From contig CAWHCF010000036.1 of the NCBI GenBank assembly GCA_963827655.1, forward strand, positions 232,827-296,826: a DNA stretch of 64,000 bases, in the 5' to 3' direction. Shown piece by piece: positions 19,195-28,380 of the stretch. The position numbers and the translations under genes are program-made. How positions within the stretch are numbered: position 1 is the stretch's first letter; the number at the start of each line of letters is the position of its first letter. Under the pieces are notes generated by a model. That model searched no databases and was not told where the DNA came from. It saw only the letters and a list, made by a program, of their open reading frames with translations. Origin of the DNA: an uncultured Acidobacteriota bacterium (GTDB taxonomy: Bacteria; Acidobacteriota; UBA6911).

Positions 19195-21120
19195 ATGATC
19201 CCGAAGCTCTTATGCCTGGTTATTATGGCGAGTTTTCCATTTCCTTTGCTGGCGGCCCCGGTTATCACGCGGCTCACCCCTCCCACTAACCGCGACTCAG
19301 TGGGAACCCCTGTTCCTCCGGTGGTCGCGCGGTTTCTGCCGGACCAGCGGTTTGACCTTAGAGTCGAAGCTACCCCGGATGCGGGCCGGAGTTTGACCGA
19401 GGTTCAGTTCTTCGTGGATGGAGAGCGGGTTGAGTCCGCGAGGGGTACATTGGGGACCCGGCGCGCGTACTCCAACAGCACTCCGGGCATCCATACCCTT
19501 AGAGCGATTGTGACTCAGAGTGATGGTCAAACCGCATCCCAGGAGGGCATTTTCGAAATCATAGACATCGTGCCAGGAGGGCTGCGAGCCCGCAACGTGA
19601 TCGTTCTAATCGGCGATGGAATGGGGACCGCACACCGAACCGCGGCCCGCGTCATGCTCCACGGGGTCTCGCAGGGGAAGACGCGGGGGTTCCTGTCCAT
19701 GGACACATTCCCGGCTACCGGAATGGTCATCACCCACTCGCTCAATAGCATCATCACGGATTCGTCGCCGGGCTCTCACTGCTACTCGACCGGGAACAAA
19801 GGAAACAACAACCAGCACGGTGTGTTTCCGGACAACACCGCAGCCAATTTTGACAATCCTCGAATCGAGCATCTCGGCGAATATCTGAAGCGGACACGAG
19901 GGATGTCACTAGGCCTGGTCACTACGTCGGATGTTTTCGATGCCACACCGGCGGCATGGGCCACACACACGCAAAGCCGCAGCGCCGGCACCGGCATCGT
20001 GGATCAGTATCTTGATGAAAGGGACTTCAACGGGTTGTCTGTTCTGCTGGGCGGAGGAAGAAAGTGGTTTCTGCCCAACACGACACCCGGATCGGCGAGG
20101 TCGGCAAGCACGGATTACATGCTGCCGGCGGAACTGGCTGACGGCTACGGAATTCCAACGGGGAGGATTGATCCGGGGCGCGATCTCATCACCGATTTTA
20201 CCGCCGCCGGTTTCCATTACGCTCCCACAAAGTCCGCTCTCAATGCTGTTCCTGACAGCGCCACCAAGCTGCTCGGGCTCTTCTCCTTGTCGAATATGAA
20301 TGTGGCTCTGGACAAAATAGAAAAGCGCCGCAATCCGCGTGCTCCCGGCGTCTTGGACGACTACGGCTTTCCAGATCAGCCGATGCTGGATGAAATGACT
20401 GAAATCGCCCTCAAAGTCCTGGACAAGAATCGTTACGGCTTCGTCCTGATGGTGGAGGGAGCATCGATTGACAAGCAGGCCCACAACATGGATAGCGAGC
20501 GATGGATCCTCGACACCATTGAATTCGACCGGGCGGTGGCCGTCTGCAAGAAATTTGCCGAACAGCGAGGCGACACGATCGTCGTGGTAACCGCTGATCA
20601 TGAGTGCGGGGGGGTGAACCTGATCGGAGCGTCTCAGCTGTCAAATGCCGAACTCAGAAATCGAGCATCGGCGGGAGGCGCTGCGGCTCAGCTTCGGGAT
20701 TCCGTGGTCGGCACTTATGAGAATGCGGGGTTCCCGCAATACACGATTGCGCCGGACGGATATCCGGTCACTACTGACGTCGACCGGCGACTTCTCATAG
20801 GATACGCGGCCAATGCCGACCGATACGAAGACTGGCTGACCAATGCCCTGCCGCTGCGCGACGGCCAGCAGCCCTTCAATGGTGAGGCCCCTCTGAACAC
20901 TTATCCCTCGGGTCCGATGAACCGCGACGAAGCGGGACGATTCCTGATCATGGGCCAGGTAGGAGACACCACCGCCGTGCATACAGCGTCCGACATCCCG
21001 ATCTCCGCCTTTGGACGTGGCGCGCTTTTATTCACGGGCGTTCAGGACAATACCGATGTCTTCTTCAAGCTGGGCCAGCTCATCATTGGTGGGACTAACG
21101 TTCCGGACTCAATCCGCTAG
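19195..21120 (+). CDS. phoA: Alkaline phosphatase (PhoA family) with N-terminal Ig-like domain
   Basis: NVIVLIGDGMG, ITDSSP (catalytic Ser), DATPAA, MVEGASIDKQAH, VTADH, HTASD. Confidence 0.9.
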   Translation: MIPKLLCLVIMASFPFPLLAAPVITRLTPPTNRDSVGTPVPPVVARFLPDQRFDLRVEATPDAGRSLTEVQFFVDGERVESARGTLGTRRAYSNSTPGIHTLRAIVTQSDGQTASQEGIFEIIDIVPGGLRARNVIVLIGDGMGTAHRTAARVMLHGVSQGKTRGFLSMDTFPATGMVITHSLNSIITDSSPGSHCYSTGNKGNNNQHGVFPDNTAANFDNPRIEHLGEYLKRTRGMSLGLVTTSDVFDATPAAWATHTQSRSAGTGIVDQYLDERDFNGLSVLLGGGRKWFLPNTTPGSARSASTDYMLPAELADGYGIPTGRIDPGRDLITDFTAAGFHYAPTKSALNAVPDSATKLLGLFSLSNMNVALDKIEKRRNPRAPGVLDDYGFPDQPMLDEMTEIALKVLDKNRYGFVLMVEGASIDKQAHNMDSERWILDTIEFDRAVAVCKKFAEQRGDTIVVVTADHECGGVNLIGASQLSNAELRNRASAGGAAAQLRDSVVGTYENAGFPQYTIAPDGYPVTTDVDRRLLIGYAANADRYEDWLTNALPLRDGQQPFNGEAPLNTYPSGPMNRDEAGRFLIMGQVGDTTAVHTASDIPISAFGRGALLFTGVQDNTDVFFKLGQLIIGGTNVPDSIR

Positions 21121-21179
21121 CAGGCCGAGTTGGCCCCACAGGCCTGGACGCTGCTGTACGAGTCGGCTCTGTTTCTGCC

Positions 21180-21294
21180 AGAGCCGAAGGCCCGTTAGTG
21201 AGTAGCCCCGCCCGTGAGGGCGGCGTCTTCAAGGGTCCCTGACGCGAGGTCCGAAAGGACCGGCACTCCGGCTGTGTCGCACCTTCGGCGCTCT
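21180..21294. repeat. REP-like repeat, related copy near 4780-4800
   Basis: TGTGTCGCACCTTCGGCG (about 21273) vs TGTGCCGCACCTTCGGCG (about 4780), plus GC hairpins AGCCCCGCCCGTGAGGGCGG and GGTCCGAAAGGACC. Confidence 0.5.
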
Positions 21295-21411
21295 TCTTAA
21301 TCGAACGTTCATTCCGGGTCTCGGTGATTCTGTCATCCATTGTTGGTCAGGATTAGTATCAAGCTTTAGATCACTGTATGTTACAGCCGAATTTGGCATC
21401 ACCAATTCTGG

Positions 21412-21612
21412 TTGGCTATAGATCAGGAACAAGTGGGCTCCCGTGCTGAGGTCGACAGCCTCCATTCTGATCTGAAGAAAATAGGAGCCACGATAGTGAG
21501 CCCACCGCGGGAGTATCCAGAGTATACGCCTCCAGGCTACTACGCTCTCTTCTTCAAGGATCTGGAGGGTATTAAGTACGAGATCGTGTGCCATGCTCAC
21601 AGCGGAGCGTAG
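21412..21612 (+). pseudogene. 3' fragment of a VOC/glyoxalase gene
   Basis: SRAEVD..H, PPREYPEYTPPGYYALFFKDLEGIKYEIV; the 5' half is missing. Confidence 0.75.
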
Positions 21613-21613
21613 C

Positions 21614-21659
21614 GCCTAACACGGCAGTGGAGCGGACGGCCAAAGCGCCAGCGTTGGGC
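21614..21659 (+). mobile_element. Shortened integron attC-like site
   Basis: GCCTAAC (RYYYAAC) directly after the stop codon, then CAGTGGAGCGGAC, ending GTTGGGC (GTTRRRY); only 46 bp, so the right arm looks deleted. Confidence 0.7.
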
Positions 21660-21680
21660 GTAAAGCACGGAGGAGTCCAC

Positions 21681-22078
21681 ATGACACAAGCAGAGATTTC
21701 CGGCATCTCACCCTTTTTTATCGTGAGCCACGTACCGTCATCGCTTTCGTTTTACCGAGACCGGCTTGGATTTGAGATCACCTTCCGGGGCCTGCTCCTG
21801 ACGACATCTTCTTCGGCATCGTTCGCAGGGGCGGTGCGCAGATCCTGCTCAAAGACGTTGGCGTAGCTCCACTGCCGAACTACAAGCGAGACGTCAAAAA
21901 AGGTATCGCCCGCTGGGACGCATTCGTTGACGTCCCGGATCCTGACGCACTGGCGGCCGAATTTGCTTCGCGCAATGTCGAGTTTTCCGAGCCACTGAAA
22001 GACACTGATGACGGTTTGCGTGGTTTCGAGCTCAAGGACGTCGACGGCTATGTCTTATTTTTCGGTCGTCCTCGGTGA
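21681..22078 (+). CDS. VOC/bleomycin-resistance family gene cassette, frameshift near 21788
   Basis: GGAGGAG RBS; ISPFFIV..SLSFYRDRLGF, then in the shifted frame FFGIVRRGG...GLRGFELKDVDGYVLFFGRPR; followed by GCCCAAC at 22132. Confidence 0.8.
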
Positions 22079-22246
22079 TGAGCGTTCAGTCGAAATGGGA
22101 CACATGAACGTTTCCTGCGGCGGGAGATCACGCCCAACAATGCGCAACTTGACCTGGTTTTGATAAACACCAGGCGACTACTCAGGACCAATCGCTAGTC
22201 GTCACGTCTAGTTGCCGACGCCGGCTGCGACAGCAGGCGTCCTTTC

Positions 22247-22271
22247 GGTTCGAATCCCAGTCACCCAGCCA
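22247..22271 (+). mobile_element. tRNA-Gln-like 3' end fragment (att-site remnant)
   Basis: GGTTCGAATCCCAGTCACCCAGCCA has a T-loop, 3' acceptor strand and CCA; the matching 5' tRNA half is absent. Confidence 0.65.
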
Positions 22272-22458
22272 CACAACGTGCCCTGTGTTTTCAATCACTT
22301 CCAACGCAGGGTGATTTCACTATCGAACCCAGCGCGGTAAACGATCAGCAAGCAGCGGTTGCTTCAACTGGCCGGTTGCTCAACTCAGCGCGGTTGTCCA
22401 ACCTCTTACCTGCTTCCAACAAAACGGCGGCCTGGCGACGGGGCGATTGATTTCCGGG

Positions 22459-22497
22459 TTGACATACATAGAACACCAATGTATAAGACTTCTACGT
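22459..22497 (+). promoter_or_regulatory. Sigma70-like promoter with overlapping palindromic operator for padR
   Basis: TTGACA (22459)-17 bp-TATAAG (22482); TACAT-N9-ATGTA palindrome spans the spacer; ATG follows 10 nt after the -10 element. Confidence 0.6.
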
Positions 22498-22836
22498 ATG
22501 GACATGAGTAAGGATTTGGTTGCTGCGTCCGCCACGCCGCTCGTGCTCGCGATCCTTGCCGAAGGCGACAGTTACGGCTACGCCATCATCAAGCGAGTGA
22601 CCGAGTTGTCAGGCGGGCACCTACAGTGGACCGACGGCATGCTCTATCCCGTGCTGCACCGGCTTGAGCGCCAAGGTTATGTCGCGGCGAAGTGGTCCGC
22701 GGCCGAGAACGGCCGCAGGCGTAAGTACTACCGGATCACGAAAGAAGGCCGGGCGCAGCTCGCAGCCCAGCGGCAGCAATGGAAGGCCGTGGACGGTACC
22801 CTGCGGGGGATCTGGATGCAGGCGTGCACAGTATGA
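22498..22836 (+). CDS. PadR family transcriptional regulator
   Basis: SYGYAII, GMLYPVLHRLE, RRRKYYRIT..G. Confidence 0.93.
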   Translation: MDMSKDLVAASATPLVLAILAEGDSYGYAIIKRVTELSGGHLQWTDGMLYPVLHRLERQGYVAAKWSAAENGRRRKYYRITKEGRAQLAAQRQQWKAVDGTLRGIWMQACTV

Positions 22837-24209
22837 CGACCTTCACCGATCAACCGCTCGAGGAGCAAATCGCGCAGTGGCGGGCGTACTTACGCCGCCG
22901 GCAGGGGGTTCACAGTCCCGACGTGGAGGAGCTCGAGGGACATCTGCGCGAACAGCTGACGGCGCTCACCGAGGCCGGCCTGGCAGCAGAAGAAGCCTTC
23001 CTGGTCGCGGTCAAGCGCATGGGCAGCCTCGATGCGCTGTCACGCGAGTTCGCACGCGCGCATTCCGAGCGACTGTGGAAGCAGTTGGTCATGGCCCCCG
23101 ACGCTGCCGATGAGTCGGCGAACACCGCACACGCCGAGACGCTCATCGTCCTGAGCCTTGCGGTCGCCGCAGCGTTGGCCATCAAGGTGCCGGCTCTGTT
23201 CGGTCTTCGGCTCAGCCCTGATGAAGAACTGCCGCCTTTCTACGCCCGGAACGCCAGCCTGTTCGTCTTCCCGCTGCTCACGGTCTACTTCGTGTGGAAG
23301 CGCGGGTCGGACGTTGTACGCAGCCTCTGGCTGGCGCTGCCCTTCGCGGCCGGGGCTGTTTTCGCCAACGTCTACCCCTTCGGCACGGGCAGCAACACTG
23401 AGGTGCTGACCGCTCTGCACTTGCCAATCGCCCTATGGCTGGCCGTCGGCTTCGCGTACGTCCGAAGCCGCTGGTTCGCCGACGATGGGCGCATGAACTT
23501 CGTGCGGTTCTCAGGCGAGCTGGCGATCTACTACGTGCTCATCGCACTCGGCGGGGGCGTTCTGATCGGCTTTACGATCATGATGTTCGCATCCATCGGG
23601 ATGAAGGCTGAGTGGTTGGTCGGGGGCTGGCTGGTCCCGTGCGGGGCGGTGGGAGCCGTCATCATCGGGTCCTGGCTCGTGGAGGCGAAGAAGAGTGTCA
23701 TCGAGAACATGGCACCGGTGCTGACCAGGCTGTTCACGCCGCTGTTCACCGTTCTGCTCCTTGTGTTTCTGGCCACGATGGCGTGGACAGGCAGCCCCAT
23801 CAACGTGAAGCGGGAGGTACTGATCGGCTTCGATCTGCTGCTGGCGGTCGTCGTTGGGCTGGTGCTCTACGCCGCCTCCGCGCGCGACCCGCAGGCACCG
23901 CCCGACTTCTTCGACGCCCTGCAACTGCTGCTCGTGGTCAGCGCACTCGTGGTCGATGGCGTGGCGCTCGCGGCGATCGCAGCCCGCATCTCCGAGTTTG
24001 GCTTCACTCCCAACCGAGTGGCGGCTCTTGGCGAGAATCTCATTCTGCTCATCAACCTGGCGTGGACGGCGTGGCTCTATGCGCGCTTCGTGCGTCACCG
24101 GGGCTCGTTTGCCACGCTGGAGCGATGGCAGATCGCCTATCTGCCCGTGTACGCCGTGTGGGCGGCGATCGTCGTGATCGTGTTTCCGCTGGTATTCGGA
24201 TACAGGTGA
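22833..24209 (+). CDS. Permease-prefix-domain membrane protein
   Basis: ATGA overlap with padR; EELEGHLRE..EEAFLVAVKRMG prefix domain; about 11 TM segments; GFTPNR motif. Confidence 0.85.
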   Translation: MTTFTDQPLEEQIAQWRAYLRRRQGVHSPDVEELEGHLREQLTALTEAGLAAEEAFLVAVKRMGSLDALSREFARAHSERLWKQLVMAPDAADESANTAHAETLIVLSLAVAAALAIKVPALFGLRLSPDEELPPFYARNASLFVFPLLTVYFVWKRGSDVVRSLWLALPFAAGAVFANVYPFGTGSNTEVLTALHLPIALWLAVGFAYVRSRWFADDGRMNFVRFSGELAIYYVLIALGGGVLIGFTIMMFASIGMKAEWLVGGWLVPCGAVGAVIIGSWLVEAKKSVIENMAPVLTRLFTPLFTVLLLVFLATMAWTGSPINVKREVLIGFDLLLAVVVGLVLYAASARDPQAPPDFFDALQLLLVVSALVVDGVALAAIAARISEFGFTPNRVAALGENLILLINLAWTAWLYARFVRHRGSFATLERWQIAYLPVYAVWAAIVVIVFPLVFGYR

Positions 24210-24283
24210 CCGGGTGGCGATATACCCGTTCTCCGCACCGGCCTTCGCGGATGTGGACGGGGATGGGCACCTCGAATTTCAAC

Positions 24284-25168
24284 ATGTTGCGCAACTTCAC
24301 CAGGCGAAGTTCGCTGGTAGTCCTGCTGGGAGTGCTGAGCGCTCTTGCGGTGGTACTCGTCGGCAGGTGGCTGAACGCGACAAAGCGCGGCGGGCAGGAG
24401 CCCGCCGAACCGTTCCGCATCGCCGGCAACCTCTACTACGTCGGCGCGAACGACATCGCGGCTTTCCTCATCACCGGGCCCGAGGGCCACGTCGTGCTCG
24501 ACGGTGGCTATCCCACCACCGCGCCGATGATCATGGCGAGCATCGCGAAGCTCGGCTTCGACATCAAGGACGTCAAAGTGCTCCTGAACTCGGAGCCGCA
24601 CCCCGACCATGCGGGCGGGCTGGGGGTGCTCCAGCAGGCGTCCGGTGCCGAGCTGTGGGCCAGCGAAGCGAGCGCGGACGCCATCGCCTCCGGCGGCGAC
24701 GACCCCGACATCGTCCTGCCGTTGAGGGCCCTCATCCGGATCGGGATCCTCGGCTACCCGGCCACGCGCGTCGACCACCGGTTCAAGGACGGCGACACGA
24801 TCCGTGTCGGGCCGATCGCGCTCACCGCGCACGTCACGGGCGGCCACACGCGCGGCTGCACCTCGTGGTCGTTCCCCGTCCGCGACGGTGACCGCGTGCT
24901 GAACGTCGTGAGCGCCTGCAGCCTGGTGGTGCTGCAGGGGATGCGGTATCCAGAACAAGGGGCCGACCTCGAGCGCAGCTTCCGCGTGCTGCGGAGCCTC
25001 CCCGCCGACATCTGGGTGACCTCGCATGCGAGACAGTGGGGCAGGTACCGCAAGTTCGCCGCACGCGCCACCGCGAAGAACCCGGTGGACCCGTTCATCG
25101 ACCCCGAGGGCTACCGCGCCTACATCGACGCCGCCGAGACGGAATTCCGCCAAGGGGTTGTGCACTAG
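24284..25168 (+). CDS. Subclass B3 metallo-beta-lactamase, E-H-H/D-H-H variant
   Basis: EPFRIAGNLYYVG, LDGG, SEPHPDHAGG, GGHTRGCTSW, VTSH; N-terminal hydrophobic leader. Confidence 0.88.
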   Translation: MLRNFTRRSSLVVLLGVLSALAVVLVGRWLNATKRGGQEPAEPFRIAGNLYYVGANDIAAFLITGPEGHVVLDGGYPTTAPMIMASIAKLGFDIKDVKVLLNSEPHPDHAGGLGVLQQASGAELWASEASADAIASGGDDPDIVLPLRALIRIGILGYPATRVDHRFKDGDTIRVGPIALTAHVTGGHTRGCTSWSFPVRDGDRVLNVVSACSLVVLQGMRYPEQGADLERSFRVLRSLPADIWVTSHARQWGRYRKFAARATAKNPVDPFIDPEGYRAYIDAAETEFRQGVVH

Positions 25169-25354
25169 CCGCGACACCGCGCCTCGGTGTGGTGGAAGCT
25201 GCGCCCGGGTCTGCGCAGCATCAAGTCGATGCGGAAGCCGGATCCTGGTGCCGAAGGAACAGCTCGGACACCTGCAGTTCTCGACGGTCGAGTCGTCGGC
25301 AGCCATCGAGGCTGCTACAGATCCGCACATCTCGCTTTCCATCGGCGGTCGCGC

Positions 25355-25622
25355 TCAAGATCTGGCGGGACGCCGGCGCGAAGCACTGACGGCTCTCGAC
25401 GAGCTTCGTCGGCTCGCCGGCCCGCAGGACCCTTCACCCTTCCTCGTGGCGCTTGTCTACACCGGTCTGGAGGACAACGACCACGCGTTCGAGTGGCTCG
25501 GAAAGGCGATTGACGCGCGGGCATGGGAGATGCCCATGCTGAAGGCCAGCCCGATCTTCGACAGGCTTCGCTCGGATCCCCGTTTCCCTGCGTTGCTCGC
25601 CCGCGTCGGTCTTGCACGCTAA
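25355..25622 (+). pseudogene. C-terminal TPR-type remnant of a kinase/adenylate-cyclase-associated protein
   Basis: ALVYTGLEDNDHAFEWLGKA...PIFDRLRSDPRFPALLARVGL; no N-terminus. Confidence 0.75.
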
Positions 25623-26355
25623 CTTGGATGTCGGTGGTTCCCTGTTCGATGAGAACCGGCTTTTCGAGCGCGGCGATCTGCGTCGCGGATCATAGCGGAA
25701 CCACGAGATCAGGTAGGGTTGGACGCTCGCACGGAACAGAGCCGCAAGTTGAGCGGGAATCATCTCAACCGTTTTTCCCCTCAGACAGGCTCTTGAGGAT
25801 CTCATTCGCCTGGTTCTGGAGATCGGGCGGCGCGGCCTTGAGCTGTTCTCGAATCACATCCTGCGCCGGACGGCCCGCGCCGGCAATCGAGACAAATCCG
25901 TCGGCGTTCGCTTTCTTTGCCGCCGCCATCCCGATCAGGGAGCCCTCGCTGTGTCCGATGATCGTCAGGAAGGAGAAGCGGCGGTCCCCGCGCAGCCTAT
26001 TGCACCATTCCACGGCATCATCAATATACGTATCGAAGCGTAGATTCCCCTCCGGCACTTTCGTGCTCTCCCCGACGCCTTTCTTGTCATAGCGCAGCGA
26101 CGCAATCCCGCTGGCCGCAAGCTCTTCGGCCAGTTTCTTCAGGCCGTCATTCTTCCCGGGCAACGCCACGGAGTTCCCATCCCGATCCGTGGGCCCGGAA
26201 CCGGCGATGATCAACGCCACGGGATGTGGGCCGGAACCCTCCGGCAGAAGTAATGTGCCAGCTACTTTTCCGCTCGACGTTTCCAGGACAACCGGTTCAG
26301 AGGTTGAAACCAGCGCCACCGCTACGACGCCACCAAGAAAGGCTTTCCATTTCAT
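25620..26355 (-). pseudogene. Exported alpha/beta hydrolase, two frameshifts and 3' truncation
   Basis: IAGSGPTDRDGN, RYDKKGVG, GHSEG; continues via FRASVQPYLISWFRYDP, then PVLIEQGTTDIQV, and is then cut off at the TPR remnant. Confidence 0.8.
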
Positions 26356-26718
26356 TGCGCGACCGCCTGTTCCTGTGGTCATTGGAATGTCCAATCCGCG
26401 CCGGCGCCCGCTCCAAAAAAGCTTGCCTGACCGGCGAAAACAGTCCAATCCGAGTATAAGGGCCTTCGCGACCACCGGTAGGGCGTTTTGTATTGATCAA
26501 TGTGCCGGTGTAAATGTCTGCTCAGAATTCCACCCTTTCGCTTGCTGCCGTTCCCCGCTCGGCGCTTACCGCTGAAATTTTCTGGGCCTGTTCAAGTTTT
26601 AAGCTTCAATTCGCGCATTCATGAGCGAGGGGGCGAGAGACCGGCTGCACAGGAGCCGGCCGGCAGCTCCCAAATCGGAAACCTGAACATTCGATCCAGA
26701 CTCGGAAAAGGAGGGATC

Positions 26719-28209
26719 ATGAAGCGTCCCAACACGCTGATCAAAGCAGTCTGCGCCGCCATCCTGGTGGCTGCCGGTTTAGCCTATACCAGTGTCCGGT
26801 TGGAGTTCCCAGCGCAGACTCCTGGTCCTCCGTCGTACAGCACCATTGAACCAGGATTCATCCCACATACGGATGATTGGGCTGCAGCGCCCTTGGTGCG
26901 GCAGACTGCTCGCGTCCCTTCGAACTTCAACCTACTTGATTTCGCTGATCGAACCCCGGCTTTTCCAGGTGGCTTGCCGCGCTTGCTTCTGGGCGATCTG
27001 ACCGTAGAGGGACATGCGATTTTCAGGAATGCCCCTCCCCCTGTCGCAGGGCCGTATGACGACGCGATCGGGCAGGAAACCAGCAGCAGTACCGTCGAGC
27101 AGACCCTCTGCCTGGATTGCGATCCCACGCTGTCGGATGCGTCCGCCCGCCTCCGAGCGGGTCGGCATCTCTTCGACGTGGAGAGGTTCGGCGGCAATGG
27201 CCGCACGTGCCGGACCTGCCACAGTAACCGGACCGGCACGTTCTCGCCGGAGGATGCGCTCGCGCGTCTGGCCGAAGACCCGAACGACGCGCTCTTCCTT
27301 CACGACGGTCTCGACGATGGAGTTGCTGGAACGACCCGGATAACCAAACACGCGACGATCCGGATCGAGATCCCGCTGCCTCCGGATGTGGTTCTGGTGG
27401 GCGATCCGACCCGCAGGAGCGTGATCCTCAACCGAGGGACGCCCACGACGATCAACACGCCCGCGCTCGATCCCATGCTGATGTACGACACCCGCGAGCC
27501 GAACCTGCTGACGCAGGCGTTCAACGCCATCCGCGATCATGCGCAAAATACACGGGAGCCCACGGCGCTGGAGCTCGATCTCATCAAAGAGTTCCAGCAG
27601 ACGGATTCGCGCTTCTTCTCCTCTGAGGCGCTTCAAGATTTTGCGAACGGCGGTCCTCCGCCGCAGCTCCCGCCTGGCACGACGGAATCCGAACGGCGCG
27701 GGCGTGCGATGTTCGACAACGTTCCTTTCGATAGGGTGACGACGCGGGGCCTCTGCAACACGTGTCACTCCGGGCCGATGCTGAACCGATTCGCCCCGGG
27801 CAATTCTTTTGGGCTGCCTCCTGGTGGTCTCCGTGGCAGCATAGGAGTCTCAGAGCGGAATCTGATCGGCAACCCGGTCTATTCGTTCATCGTCACGAAT
27901 CAGGACGGAAGCGTCGTCGCGATCGCACCCACGCCCGACCCGGGCGCGATGCTGAACGATCCGCCGCCGAGCGCGCCGCCTGGAGTACCGACACCGCCGA
28001 GGTCCTTCTTCGCGAACCTGTTCAAAATCCCGCCACTGTGGGGTATAAAAAATACTGCTCCGTACTTCCACGACAACTCCGCTAAGACACTCGAGGATGT
28101 CGCGGAACATTACGCCTTCTTCTTTTTGAACAGTCCAAGCACACGAGGCTTCGTGTTCACGGCGCAGGATCAAGCCGACATGGTGGCATTCCTGAAGCTG
28201 CTCCGTTGA
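26719..28209 (+). CDS. Di-heme cytochrome c peroxidase/MauG-superfamily protein
   Basis: AAGGAGG RBS, signal peptide, GNGRTCRTCH, CNTCH, FKIPPLWGIKNTAPYFHDNSAKTLEDV. Confidence 0.85.
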   Translation: MKRPNTLIKAVCAAILVAAGLAYTSVRLEFPAQTPGPPSYSTIEPGFIPHTDDWAAAPLVRQTARVPSNFNLLDFADRTPAFPGGLPRLLLGDLTVEGHAIFRNAPPPVAGPYDDAIGQETSSSTVEQTLCLDCDPTLSDASARLRAGRHLFDVERFGGNGRTCRTCHSNRTGTFSPEDALARLAEDPNDALFLHDGLDDGVAGTTRITKHATIRIEIPLPPDVVLVGDPTRRSVILNRGTPTTINTPALDPMLMYDTREPNLLTQAFNAIRDHAQNTREPTALELDLIKEFQQTDSRFFSSEALQDFANGGPPPQLPPGTTESERRGRAMFDNVPFDRVTTRGLCNTCHSGPMLNRFAPGNSFGLPPGGLRGSIGVSERNLIGNPVYSFIVTNQDGSVVAIAPTPDPGAMLNDPPPSAPPGVPTPPRSFFANLFKIPPLWGIKNTAPYFHDNSAKTLEDVAEHYAFFFLNSPSTRGFVFTAQDQADMVAFLKLLR

Positions 28210-28380
28210 CCATGATGCTGACTGGGAGTGTTGCAGGCCCGATGCAGGACCCGGTTCCGCGGCCTTTTCGAACGGAGCCAGGCGCCAGGGCCACTGAGAA
28301 GAGAATTCGGAGCCGGGGCCGATCCCACCAAGCAGGTCGGTCCCTCCTCTCTTCTGGGCATGCAGCAGAAGAGACAACCG

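Noticed and set aside
22150-22271. Intact tRNA gene
   Set aside because: No complementary 5' acceptor strand, D-arm or full 5' T-stem; only the 3' 25 nt are tRNA-like.
23612-24283. N-terminal 224 aa of the 518-aa ORF
   Set aside because: Overlaps the permease gene in another frame and is Arg/Gly-rich noise; the lactamase begins near 24284.
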